Below, piece by piece: positions 24,396-34,955 of a DNA stretch of 64,000 nucleotides (position 1 is its first letter; every line of letters starts with the position of its first letter). Source of the stretch: Raja brachyura (lineage: Eukaryota); NCBI GenBank assembly GCA_963514005.1, contig OY740788.1:44702001-44766000 (forward strand), written 5' to 3'. Below the pieces are notes generated by a model. That model was not told the origin of the DNA and did no database searches. It worked only from the letters and a program-made list of their open reading frames with translations. The position numbers and the translations under genes are program-made.

Positions 24396-24829
24396 TCCAC
24401 TTCAAGACTCATTGTACTGTCGGCAGCACTGAGTGGGATTTGACAGGGATCGGCCTGGCATGGCAATGCTTTCAGTTTCTTCCACCGTTGCCCTGCTGCT
24501 CCATGCTGCTGCAGGCCACAAGCAATCCGTGCGCTGGTCTGACCCATCGCTGCTCCAGGGCTTCAAGCGGCTACTTCCATGGGTATATTGATGTGGACAT
24601 GGATGCCTCCATGTGCCGAGGCACCGCCTGCAGCCGACCTCAGAATCCACAGAGCACCTCCGAAAATCGGGAGTCAAACCCACAGCCCATTCAATTTCAC
24701 GTAGTGTCAAAACAGTGATCAGCGGAACGTTCAACATTGAGCAATGTTGCTACAACATAGAGAGTAGCTGGTCATGTCATACACATTGTAATGTATTACC
24801 AACCAATATTACACATGACACATCTTTAA

Positions 24830-25095
24830 AATTTAGTTTTGAGATACAGCATGGAAACAGGCCCTTCGGCGCACTGTGTCCAAGCCAACCAGCAATCCCT
24901 GCACACTATTTCCATCCTACACTAGAGACAATTTACAGAAATCAATTAACTTACAAACCCGCACGTCTTTGGAATGTGGGAGGAAACCAGAGAACCTATC
25001 GAAAGCCCATCCATACAGACAGCACCTGTAGTCAGGACTGAACCTGGGTCTCTGGCACTGCAAGGCAGCAACTCCATCGCTGCACCACTGTGCCG
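24830..25095 (-). mobile_element. HE1-type V-SINE (internal deletion)
   Basis: Same motifs as 24078-24395. Confidence 0.78.
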
Positions 25096-25984
25096 AATGA
25101 CTGTTTGCACTTTGTCACGATCACCTTAAATATTTAACATGAGTATTCATGGAATTGAGCAGGACCTTCCCAAAATGCATGCCCAGTATGTTCTTGTATG
25201 CTTATGCAGACCTGTTCATCGAGGTGCACAGCAATAATTTAAACCTCGCTTTTGATGGACGTCTTCAGTTCCATCACCAGTGGAAATGGACACTGTACAT
25301 TCCACCCAAATTGTACATAAACCGATGTTATTCAGGGAGTCGGCTCCTTGCAGTAGCCGAGGTGTAGCTGGATGATTTGTGACAGCAAGAGCAGAAATGT
25401 CTTTATGTTTGTGGAAGTAATATGAAGGACAGCCTAACTAGTTGACTACCTTGTACTTGGGGCAAAGGGATGAGTACAGAACATGCAAGTGATTCCAGCA
25501 ACGGTGGAAGAAAACATGCTAAAGTTGTGTGAGCAAAAAAAAACATCTTATTCCTTTGACAGCTGTCCAGCTGGAAGTGCTTCCACAAATATTTAGCTTT
25601 AAGAAGTGTGAGGCAGGGCCAGTGATTTGCAGGCTGCACTGCAGATGTGGAAGCACATTCTGGGTTGAGTATTTGGTGTTTGCATATCGTATGCTTCCCC
25701 TTGTGGGCCCCATTAATGTTCGCTAGCTTGGCACTCTTCCGTAGTGGTGAGAACTTTTTTCTCGTTTCGTCCCATGACTGACAAGAAAGCATTGACATGA
25801 TTAGCCCCCACTTGCCAAGCTTGCTGTAAAATAACGCCACTTCAACAATTTTCCACTGCTGCAAATGCTGCCATTTTCTCAAGCTTCTCTTCCTACAGTC
25901 AGATGTCACGCGGTCCATACTCTTTCTGGCCATGATATATCATTTCTGTTTCTCACTCCACAGATGTTAAACTCATAGATGAGG

Positions 25985-26300
25985 AGGCATGGTGGTGCAG
26001 CGGTAGATTTGCTGCCTTATAATGCCAGTGACCTGGGTTCGATCCTGACTATGGGTGCCGTTCGTATGGAGTTTGTATGTTCTCCCTGAGACCATGTGGA
26101 TTGCCTCTGAGTGCACCGGTTTCTTCCCACATTCCAAAGACATGAAAGTTTGTAGGTTAATTGGTTTCTGTAAATTGGTCCTAGTGTGTAGGATAGAGCT
26201 AGTGTTGGTTAGTTCTAGAAATATTGATCGGATAGTTAGTGTAAACGATGGGCCGAAGGGCCTGTTTCCATGTTGTACCTCTAAATGATACTAAACTGAA
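25985..26300 (+). mobile_element. HE1-type V-SINE
   Basis: ggcatggtggtgcagcggtaga...gggttcgatcctgac...cccacattccaaagac...gggccgaagggcctgtttcc. Confidence 0.82.
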
Positions 26301-27179
26301 TAGATGTTACAATTTTTTACTGTAATTAAGAGTCATACTGAAATATCTGAAGTTTTTGCGAATTATTTAATTATTGGTCAGAGTGATTATGGTGTGCAGA
26401 CCACTTATAGCCATAATTGTACACCTGACCCTACTTTCTTGACCTTAATAATTTCAAATTTAGTCAACATTTTTTTCTGATCTAATGTGAAATTCGAGGC
26501 CCTTTCGCATCAAAATTATCATTTTGCCTTAAATCCATATTGATTATTGAAGTGAAATGCTGTGGAAATTTGCTATGAAACCTATATTCTGTAAAGTTCA
26601 CTTGTTCTAATGCTCTGTGTTCCATGTAGAAACAAATCAGTATCATATGTTAAACAATATGAATTCTTGGATCCAAATGTTCTGGAGAAAAGAGATGTCG
26701 CTCAATTGGAGGATTTCAAAATCACATTGCATCATGTAAAACCTATAAATTCGTTGTTGAAATGTTATGGTCTGAATAGATTCATAGAGGTTCATAGATT
26801 CATTGTTACACTGTTTGGAAACAGGCCCATTGGGCCACCTTGATGTTAACGACCAAGATGCTAACCTTCGTTGATCACATTTCCTTGCATTTAGCCCATT
26901 CCCCTCCAAACATTTTACTCTTGAAAATGTATTTATTTGTAAAATGTATTTATAGCTGCCTTGGCCATCTCTTCTGACAACTCTTTCCATCAATGTATGT
27001 AACTCCCCCTTCAGATCCCCAATCTTGTGGGTTTATTTGCAGTAGGTAATTGGCTTATTTTTGAAGTTCTGTTCATGTCCACAAAAGCAGTGGGCTAATA
27101 TATCACTGATACCCTTGATGGGATTATGATCTTCTTCCAGTTTGTTGTTGTGATAAAGTTCCTGTGTACACCTGGACTA

Positions 27180-27390
27180 TGTAGGAAGGAACTGCAGATG
27201 CTGGTTTAAACAGAAGAATAACACAAAATGCTGGAGTAACTCAGCGGGACAGGCAGCATCTCTGCAGAGAAGGCATAGGTGACATTTCTTCACAGACTGA
27301 AGAAAGGTCTCGACCTGAAGCTTCACCCATTCCTTCTCTCCAGAGATGCTGCCTGTCCCGTTGAGTTACTCTAGCATTTTGTGTCAATCT
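27180..27390. repeat. Palindromic (inverted) PLE pLTR remnant with central degenerate hammerhead
   Basis: cacaaaatgctggagtaactcagcgggacaggcagcatctct is inverted against agagatgctgcctgtcccgttgagttactctagcattttgtg; centre ctgaagaaaggtctcgacctgaagcttc. Confidence 0.8.
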
Positions 27391-27897
27391 CTGCTCAACT
27401 ATTCTGGCTGCTTGCAATGGAAACTGATTCTCATCGATTTGCATTGGTCTCAAGACCTATCCAGAGGTTGTCTGGGGAAGCTGCATGGTCCTATTGGAGT
27501 ACTGCATGCATCCGCAATGGTTGCACTGGTTCAACCTTGCAGCTTGGAGAGTTTTATTTGTTTCAGTCTGATGATGTTCACTAGGGAACTGGGGAAGTAT
27601 TTGGAATGGTTGCACAGAGCACCAAGACAAAACTATAGGAGGACGAAAAATCACGAAGGAACGTTGCTTTTTTATCATTGATCCCTTTACAGTAAAACAA
27701 GTACACTCCCGGCATGAATGTTCGAAAAAAATAGCTCTGATAAATTAAAATGGCATCATAAACTAAATTAAGGATTGATAGAATTAGAATATATACATTA
27801 GGAAGGTTATTCAACCTGGATTTAATCCAGATTGTACAGTAAGTATTAGTGGTATTATCAAGAATAAAATAATCTCCTTAAATGTGATTTACACGTT

Positions 27898-28000
27898 TAA
27901 TTTTCAAAACATAGATACGTTAAGTGCTGAACTACACAGATGTTAACATAACAAACATCTGTGCAGTTCAGCACTTAACATATCCATGTTTTGAAAATTA
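27898..28000. repeat. Near-perfect fold-back inverted repeat (47-bp arms, 9-nt spacer)
   Basis: taattttcaaaacatagatacgttaagtgctgaactacacagatgtt / aacatctgtgcagttcagcacttaacatatccatgttttgaaaatta; 3 mismatches. Confidence 0.92.
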
Positions 28001-28087
28001 TCAGATTCTGTTGAGTTTCATCAGATTTCATCAGAATTTTAGTCACATTGAATCTATTGTCTCGACCCGAAACGTCGCCTATTGACC

Positions 28088-28124
28088 AGTCTGAAGAAGG
28101 GTCTCGACCCGAAACGTCGCCTAT
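28088..28124 (+). ncRNA. Minimal type I hammerhead ribozyme motif (PLE type)
   Basis: CTGAAGA-A-[GGGTC-TC-GACCC]-GAAA-CG-TC; helix I is weak. Confidence 0.65.
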
Positions 28125-28343
28125 CTCCTTCACTCCTTAGATGCTGCTGCACCCGCTGAGTTTCTCCAGCTTTTTGTGTAAACCCCCCCCAAGTCGCACT
28201 AGCTTCTCATTTTCACACCAGAAACAGCTTACAATGGCCTGCTTTCCTTATCACCAATACTTTTTTGCATATCTTTCACTCATTGTTCTTGCTTTATCTC
28301 TCCATATCACTGTTTATATCTCTCGTTTCCCTGATCCCTGACC

Positions 28344-28380
28344 AGTCTGAAGAAGGGTCTCGACCCGAAACGTCGCCTAT
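28344..28380 (+). ncRNA. Minimal type I hammerhead ribozyme motif (second identical copy)
   Basis: Same sequence, 256 nt downstream. Confidence 0.65.
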
Positions 28381-29051
28381 CTCCTTCACTCCTTAGATGC
28401 TGCTGCACCCGCTGAGTTTCTCCAGCTTTTTGTGTAACCCTTGAATCTATGTTTACCTCTTTTTATTGATTGAAAAAGGCAATTTCAATTATCAATTGCA
28501 CGGTAAGTTTTGGTGGTAACAATATAATGACTGAATTTTCTGTGCTCGAACAGAATAAATCCCAGCTGCTGCACAGTGAGAAACATAATGGAATGAGCCA
28601 TTTCTAACTTGCTGGCAAGTCAGTGCATGACCCACCTGGCCGTCTCCGTCACACAACCTCACTAACTCTTGCGCCTGCACAAATACCGCTGGCTTTTGCG
28701 CTTGTAGAATTACATGTATGCACACAATGTCACCAGCTGCACAAGTGTGGAACTCCTTGGGTATTTGCATGCATAACATAAAATCTGGCATAAGTTAAAT
28801 CTCCGACATCACTGACTATAAAACTGTCTAAGGTTTGCTGCTGACATGCTGACAACCCTACAAAGATTTTTGATAGTTATTGTGCATGAGGAAAAAAAAA
28901 CCCAGCTTTCTCTTCAATAACCTCAGAGATAAAATGTCAGAGGATTGAAGGCAAAGTTCAGAAGCTGCCCCAATATTTCACTCCCCATTCCCACTCTAAT
29001 TCTATGAAGATTATGTTTCTTAGTGTGCACAACAACAAACTACAAACAACA

Positions 29052-29500
29052 GAAGATGGATACAAAAAGTTGGAGTAACTCAGCGGGACAGGCAACAGCT
29101 CTGGAGATAAGGAATGGGTGACGCTTTGGGTCGAGACCCTTCTGCAGTTCCTTACCTTCTCTCCAGAGATGCTGCCAGTCCCACTGAGTTACTCCACCTT
29201 TTTTAGTCTATCTTCAGTTTAGACCAGCATCTGCAGTTCCTTCTTAAACAACAAACACCAATAGGAATTGTCACAACCTACCATAAATCAGACTGTGTAA
29301 ATCACAAAGTGCTGGTGTAACTCAATGGGTCAGGCAGCGTCTGTGGAGGGAATGGATAGGCGACGTTTTGGATTGGGAGCCTTCTCCCGGCCCAAAACAT
29401 CGTCTATCCATTCCTTCAACTGATGCTGCCTGACGCGTTGGGTTACTCTAGCACTTTGTGTTTCACTCAATGATTCCATCATCTGCAATTCCTTCTATTT
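29052..29500. repeat. Two palindromic PLE pLTR remnants (~29052-29248, ~29302-29500)
   Basis: ggagtaactcagcgggacaggc / gctgccagtcccactgagttactcc arms; hammerhead remnants gacgctttgggtcgagacccttc. Confidence 0.75.
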
Positions 29501-30439
29501 CCATAAATCGGACAGGATTTTTTGTGTTGCGTTTGCTTCCTTTTAGACAGTACAAATTATAACAGTTGTCTGAGGCAACTGAATTCAGCAAAGGTATGCA
29601 TAAAATACTTTGATATCCTCACTGAAATCAGCACTTAGAACCACTTTACACTCTGTCTGCAGAAATGGGGGAAAAAAACACACCTCCCATGGAAGATATC
29701 AATGAAAGGATTTTTTTTTTAATATTACAACATTACTTTACACTTTCACGGAACAAGTCTGGGGATTTATATTTCAAGTAAATCAAAGTGAGGAGTTAAC
29801 ATTTATATGACAAAAGACACAGTAAATCTGGGAATAATGATTAGGCAATGGTGAGCTGAAGATTGGGGAAAATCATGAAGATTGTAGAAAGATTTGCGGA
29901 GAGAGCAAATCATTGCCAGAATAACTTGGTTTATAAAGTATTCTATGAATCTTTAAAATTGGAAATCATGTTTTTATTGTTTCCTTTATATGGCTCAGAT
30001 GGGATGGTGGGGGTGAACTGTTTATAATCCTTCCCCTGTGGAAAACTATTGGAATCTTAATGCATGTTCTATTTTATGATGCCTGGGGCAATGTGCAGTT
30101 TCTCAGCACTCCACCTTCTCTTACTGTTCTAAGAATCCACTCTGAATATGCAGTAAGTAATAAACATCAAAACCTTGTGTACTGAATACTGAGGCCACAG
30201 GCAAAGACACTTATGGTTGTACAGAAGACAATTGTTTGGCTGAGCAGTTTATAATAGTAATGTTTTCTGCAGAAAATTCTCATATTCAATTTTGAAGAAG
30301 TAAAAGTAAACACATGCTGCAGTAAAATACTGTGGGTGCTGAAAATACCAAAGTTCTATGAGCAACACTTTTTATGGTTCAAATTGATAACCTTTCACTG
30401 GACCATTCTTGCAAAACATTTGAAAGTATCCCAAGAGCT

Positions 30440-30545
30440 TTTCACTATAGCTCTGTACATGTGACAATAATAAACTAAACCAAACTAAAGTAAACTAAAC
30501 TCAACTAAACCAAACTAAACTAAACTAAACTAAACTAAACTATAT
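30440..30545 (+). repeat. LINE tail with (ctaaa)n microsatellite
   Basis: ttttcactatagctctgtacatgtgacaataataaactaaac followed by ctaaa repeats. Confidence 0.75.
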
Positions 30546-31394
30546 TAATTGGATGTAAATATGGTATAAGGACAGTTACTCAGTCCAAAATATTGTATTC
30601 CATGATCAGAGCTTAAGTTGTCATGTAATCATATATTTTACAACATATATTTAAAAGTGAAGAAAATGGCAGATGAAAATTAACTTGGATAAGTGTGAAG
30701 TAATGCATTTTACATAATAAAACAAGGCATTACATACACAGATAGAGGCAATAACAGTGGTGTGGAACGGAAGGTATGTGGCATACTTGCCTTAATTGGC
30801 AAAAGCATGAATACCTGATTTGAGGCGTCGTGTTAGAGTTGTACGAACCATTGGTTGGGTTGCATTTGGAGTATTGTGTGCATTTCTGGTCACCACGCTA
30901 CAGGAAAGATGTAATTAAGATGGAAGGGGTGCAGTAAAGATTCACAAGGATGTTGACTGGATTAGAGGATTTGGATAAAGGGAGATTGGATAGGCTGCGG
31001 TTGTTTTCCAGCGAACAAAGGATGCTGAAATGACGAGTCATAGAATCACACAGCACAGAATCAGGCCCTTCGACCCAACATACCCATGCTGTCAAGATGC
31101 CCAAACTGCTCTAGTTCCACTTGCACGCATTTGGTCTATAATCCCTCTAAACCTTTCCTTTCCATGTACCTGTCTAAATATCTTATAAATTGTTGTTGTA
31201 CCTGTAGCTGTAGTACCTGCCTCAAACATCTTTGATGCCTCATTCCAAATACCCACCACACACTGTGTGAAAAAGCTGTCCCTCGGGTTCCCATTAAAAC
31301 TTGCCCCTCTCATCTTAAACATATGCCTCTGGTTCTTGATTCCCCTACTCTGGATAAAAGACTGCAATCACCCTATCTATTCCCTTCATGACTT

Positions 31395-31544
31395 TGTTCG
31401 CTCGTGTGTCAGACGACGTGCAGCTCGCTGTTGACTTCTGTCCTCCTCCAACATGTTGACAGAATTGGTCGGCAGACGCGTCATAGAGTGCATTGTGTCA
31501 TCGTTTCTGGGGATCGCCTCGAGGAGGCTTCTGTCATGACCCCC
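31395..31544 (-). mobile_element. 150-bp ribozyme-headed short retroelement
   Basis: TSD ccttcatgactt at 31383-31394 and 31545-31556 inside a CR1; CpG-rich insert; homologue at 56419. Confidence 0.85.
31457..31544 (-). ncRNA. HDV-like (CPEB3-type) ribozyme fold
   Basis: P1 GGGGGTC/GATCCCC, P2 TGACAGAA/TTCTGTCA, P3 GCC/GGC, L3 TCCTCGA, P4 gacac/gcgtc, J4/2 CCAA. Confidence 0.8.
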
Positions 31545-32679
31545 CCTTCATGACTTGAAACATTTCTATAAGATCACCCCTCCTCAGCCTCCTGTGCTCC
31601 AAGGAATAAACTCCTAGCCAACCTAACCTCTCCCTGTAGCTCAGGCCCTCAAGTCCTGGCAACCTCCTTGTAAATCTTCCCTATTCTCTCTGCAGCTTAA
31701 CAATGTCCTTCCTATAGCAGAGTGACCAAAACTGAACACAATACTCAGCAAAGTGTTGTACAACTGTAACATAACATCTCAACCTTTATACTCAATACTC
31801 TGATTGATGAAGGCCAATGAACTGAAAGCCTTCTTTCTACTCTATCTACCTGTGATATGATTTTCAGAAACTATGTACCTACACTCCTAAACCACTCAGC
31901 TCCACAACATTCCCCAGGACCCTGCCATTCACTGTGAAGTTCCTGACTTTGTTTGACAAAATCACCTCACACTTAACTGTGTAAAATACCATCAGCCATT
32001 CCTCAGCCCACTTGCTCAGTTGAATAAAATCACGCTGTAATTTTTGATGACTACCTAAAGCAGCATCTTGATAAACCTATAAAAAAACAAGAGAGACATA
32101 GGGTAGCTTGCCAGTGTCTATTTCTCTTGATAGGGTGGTAAGAAGGAGATAGTTTAAAGGGGATCTGAGAATACATTTTTCATACAAAGAGTACTTGATC
32201 ATCTGGAGGTGGTCGTGGAGGAAGGAACAGTAACAACATTTAAGAGGCACCTTTCAAGTCCTTGAATGAATGAGAATAGAGGAGTATGAATGCAGCAAAT
32301 TAGTTTATTATAGATATTGTAGATAGGCATGATGGTTGGAATAGATGGTGGGCAGAAAGAACTGTTTCTACGTTGTGCAACTCAATGACTATGTATATGA
32401 TGCTTTTTTTAACTGCGCCTTTCCTAAATGCCTTACCGTCAACAAAAGATTTTTAAAGTGTTGTAAAGAAAAGAATCAAAGCAAACTGCACTTGGCAAAG
32501 TACCACAAGATCTAGTAATCATTATTCTATCCATACAAGATCCCCACCCAGCAGTTAAATGCACCCATATGAATCCAATCAGAGATTATTAAATCAGATT
32601 GGATAATCCATTCGACTCTTGTTTTACTGACTAAGGGCCTGTTGCATTTGGACCAAGACTATAATATATCAGTTAATTT

Positions 32680-33030
32680 AAGGCCGCATATTGGCACAGC
32701 TGATGGAACTGCTGCCTCACAGCGCCTGATACCTGGGTTTGATCTTGACTTTGGGTGCTTTCTGTGTTCTCCCTATGAACACATGGGTTTACACTGGTTT
32801 ACACATTCTCCCTATGAACACATGGGTTTCCACTGGGTGCTCAAGTTTCCTCCCACATCCTGAGGATCTGTGGTTTTGCAGGTTAATTGTCCTCTGTAAA
32901 TTGCCCCTATTGTATAGGGAGTGGATGTGAAAGTGTAATAACATGGAATTAGTATGAACCGGTGATCGATGGTCGGCATGGACTCAGTGGGCTAAAGAGC
33001 CTGCTTTCATGCTATATCTTTTAATCAATT
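32680..33030 (+). mobile_element. V-SINE with internal ~39-bp tandem duplication
   Basis: ttctccctatgaacacatgggttt occurs twice; V-domain tttcctcccacatcc. Confidence 0.72.
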
Positions 33031-33299
33031 AATCATTTTTCCAGTCCAAAACCTTAAGCAGAGGAGTGGGTCTTATCTTCATTGGCATACCTCAAACCCC
33101 ATTCTACTATACCTGACCTAACAAAAATTCACTGAGCTTAATTCTGGAAGTTTGGACTGCACCGCTTCCAAATTACCTTATATAGTGCTGCAGGCCACGG
33201 GTCATGGATCTTCACTGTAAACATTAAATTAGTCTGTGATCTTGCCCTTTCCCATTCCCTTCAACAAAGTACAACAGAAGAATTAATACTATTGATTAT

Positions 33300-34390
33300 A
33301 TAGAGGTGTACTTGATCTTATGGGAGGTGTACAGAATCATGAGTGGAATATATCTGGTAAACGCACAGTGTCTCTTGCCCAGAGTAGGTGAATCGAAAAC
33401 CAGAGGACATAGGTTCAAGGTGAGAGGGGGCGGGGGGAAATTAATAGATAACCTGAGGACTAACTTTTTCACTTAAAGTGTGGTGGGTGTATGGGACGAG
33501 CAGCTGGAGGAGGTAGATGAGGCAGGTACTACTGCAACATTTAAGAAAAATTTATTGTGGAACATGGATAGGATAGGATAGGTTTAGGGGGATATGGACC
33601 AAACAAAGATAGGTGGGACTACTGTAGATGGGATCTGTTGGTCAGCATGGGCAACATGGGCTGAAGGGCCTGTTTCCACCCTGTCTGACTATAACATATA
33701 TCAAAATTGATTGTAACTAGGGAGAATAAACTATTAAATGAAATTAGAGTCTATGAGACAAAGGATTAGTTAAGGGGCAGAAAACAGAGAGTAAGAACAA
33801 ATGGGTCACATTTGTGTTGGGATGGTGTGACTGATCAGATGCTGAAGAGATTGATAATGGGGTCCAGAAATTCATGGTTTATATCTGTGACGTGCATAAA
33901 AGCACCAAGTGTAACGTATCCATGTTGTCACAAAGCTGGGTGGCAGTGGAAGTTATGAGGGGATACAGAGAGGCTTCAGAAGGGTGTAGGCAAGCTGTAA
34001 GTGGGCACGGGCATCGCAGCTGGAATATAATATGGAAAAATATGAGCTCATTCATTTCAGTAGGAAAAACAAAATCACGGAGTATTTTTTTAATGGTGAG
34101 CGTTCAAAGACCTCAGTAAAACCTGGGTGCCCTGGCATACAAATCACTGCAAATTGACATGCAAGCAATTCAAAGGCAACAAAGGGTCTTTGACCTGAAA
34201 TCTTAACTCTGTTGCTCTTTCCATCAATGCCTGCTTGACCTGCTGAGTGTTTCCGGCATCTTCTGTTTTTATGTAAGGTAAATAGTATGTTGGCGCATAT
34301 TTTAAGAGGATTTTTGAAGCCTCAGTTGCAGAGTAAGTTCAAGATGGAGATTGAATGATTTTTGGATATTCAGAGATTGAAGAGATTTAG
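33300..34390 (+). mobile_element. Degraded CR1 fragments
   Basis: cccagagtaggtgaatcgaaaaccagaggacataggttcaagg; tail gggctgaagggcctgtttcc; older RT remnants at 33700-34390. Confidence 0.65.
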
Positions 34391-34395
34391 CTTTA

Positions 34396-34955
34396 CATAG
34401 AAACATAGAAAATAGGTGCAGGAGGAGGCCATTTGGCCCTTTGAGCCAGCACCGCCATTCATTGTAATCATGGCTGATCGTCCCCTATCAATAACCTGTG
34501 CCTGCCTTCTCCCCATATCCTTTTCCACTAGCCCCTAGAGCTCTATCTAACTCTCTCTTAAATCCATCCAGTGACTTGGCCTCCACTGCCCTCTGTGGCA
34601 GGGAATTCCATAAATTCACAACTCTCTGGGTGAAAAACTTTTTTTTCACCTCAGTCTTAAATGACCTCCCCTTTATTCTAAGACTGTGGCCCCTGATTCT
34701 GGACTCGCCCAACATTGGGAACATTTTTCCTGCATCTAGCTTGTCCAGTCCTTTTATAATTTTATATGTTTCTATAAGATCCATTTTATATGTTTCTATA
34801 AGATCCTCATCCTTCTAAACTCCAGTGAATACAAGCCTAGTCTTTTCAATCTTTCCTCATATGACAGTCCCGCCATCCTAGGGATCAATCTCGTGAACCT
34901 ACGCTGCACTGCCTCAATCACAAGGATGTCCTTCCTCAAATTAGGAGACCAAGGT
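34396..34955 (-). mobile_element. Young CR1 LINE 3' fragment
   Basis: WSPNLRKDILVIEAVQRRFTRLIP..LYSLEFRRMR, DLIETYKIIKGLD..FTQRVVNLWNSLP; (catagaaa)n tail. Confidence 0.9.

Larger units (their letters stand above)
28058..28440 (+). mobile_element. Non-autonomous PLE-derived, retrozyme-like element with tandem hammerhead repeats
   Basis: 10-bp TSD ttgaatctat (28048-28057, 28441-28450); identical 99-bp direct repeats at 28083-28181 and 28339-28437. Confidence 0.85.
30640..32390. mobile_element. Nested CR1 fragments: old + strand copy interrupted by a - strand copy (~31035-32040)
   Basis: ttggagtattgtgtgcatttctggtcacc (LEYCV.FWSP) on +; ORF 31092-31367 HMFKMRG..FFTQCVVGIWN on -. Confidence 0.75.

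Noticed and set aside
25403-25933. 176-aa ORF in non-repetitive sequence
   Set aside because: No recognisable motif or convincing exon signals; cannot be supported as coding without a homology search
28500-28800. Repeat-free stretch with an octamer motif (atttgcat); similar unique tracts at ~44700-47000 and ~59100-60300 as possible conserved enhancers
   Set aside because: Single short motifs are expected by chance; conservation cannot be judged without cross-species alignment
34759-34806. ~24-bp tandem duplication in a CR1 (also ~39 bp in the SINE near 32767-32836)
   Set aside because: Ordinary local slippage duplications within dead repeats
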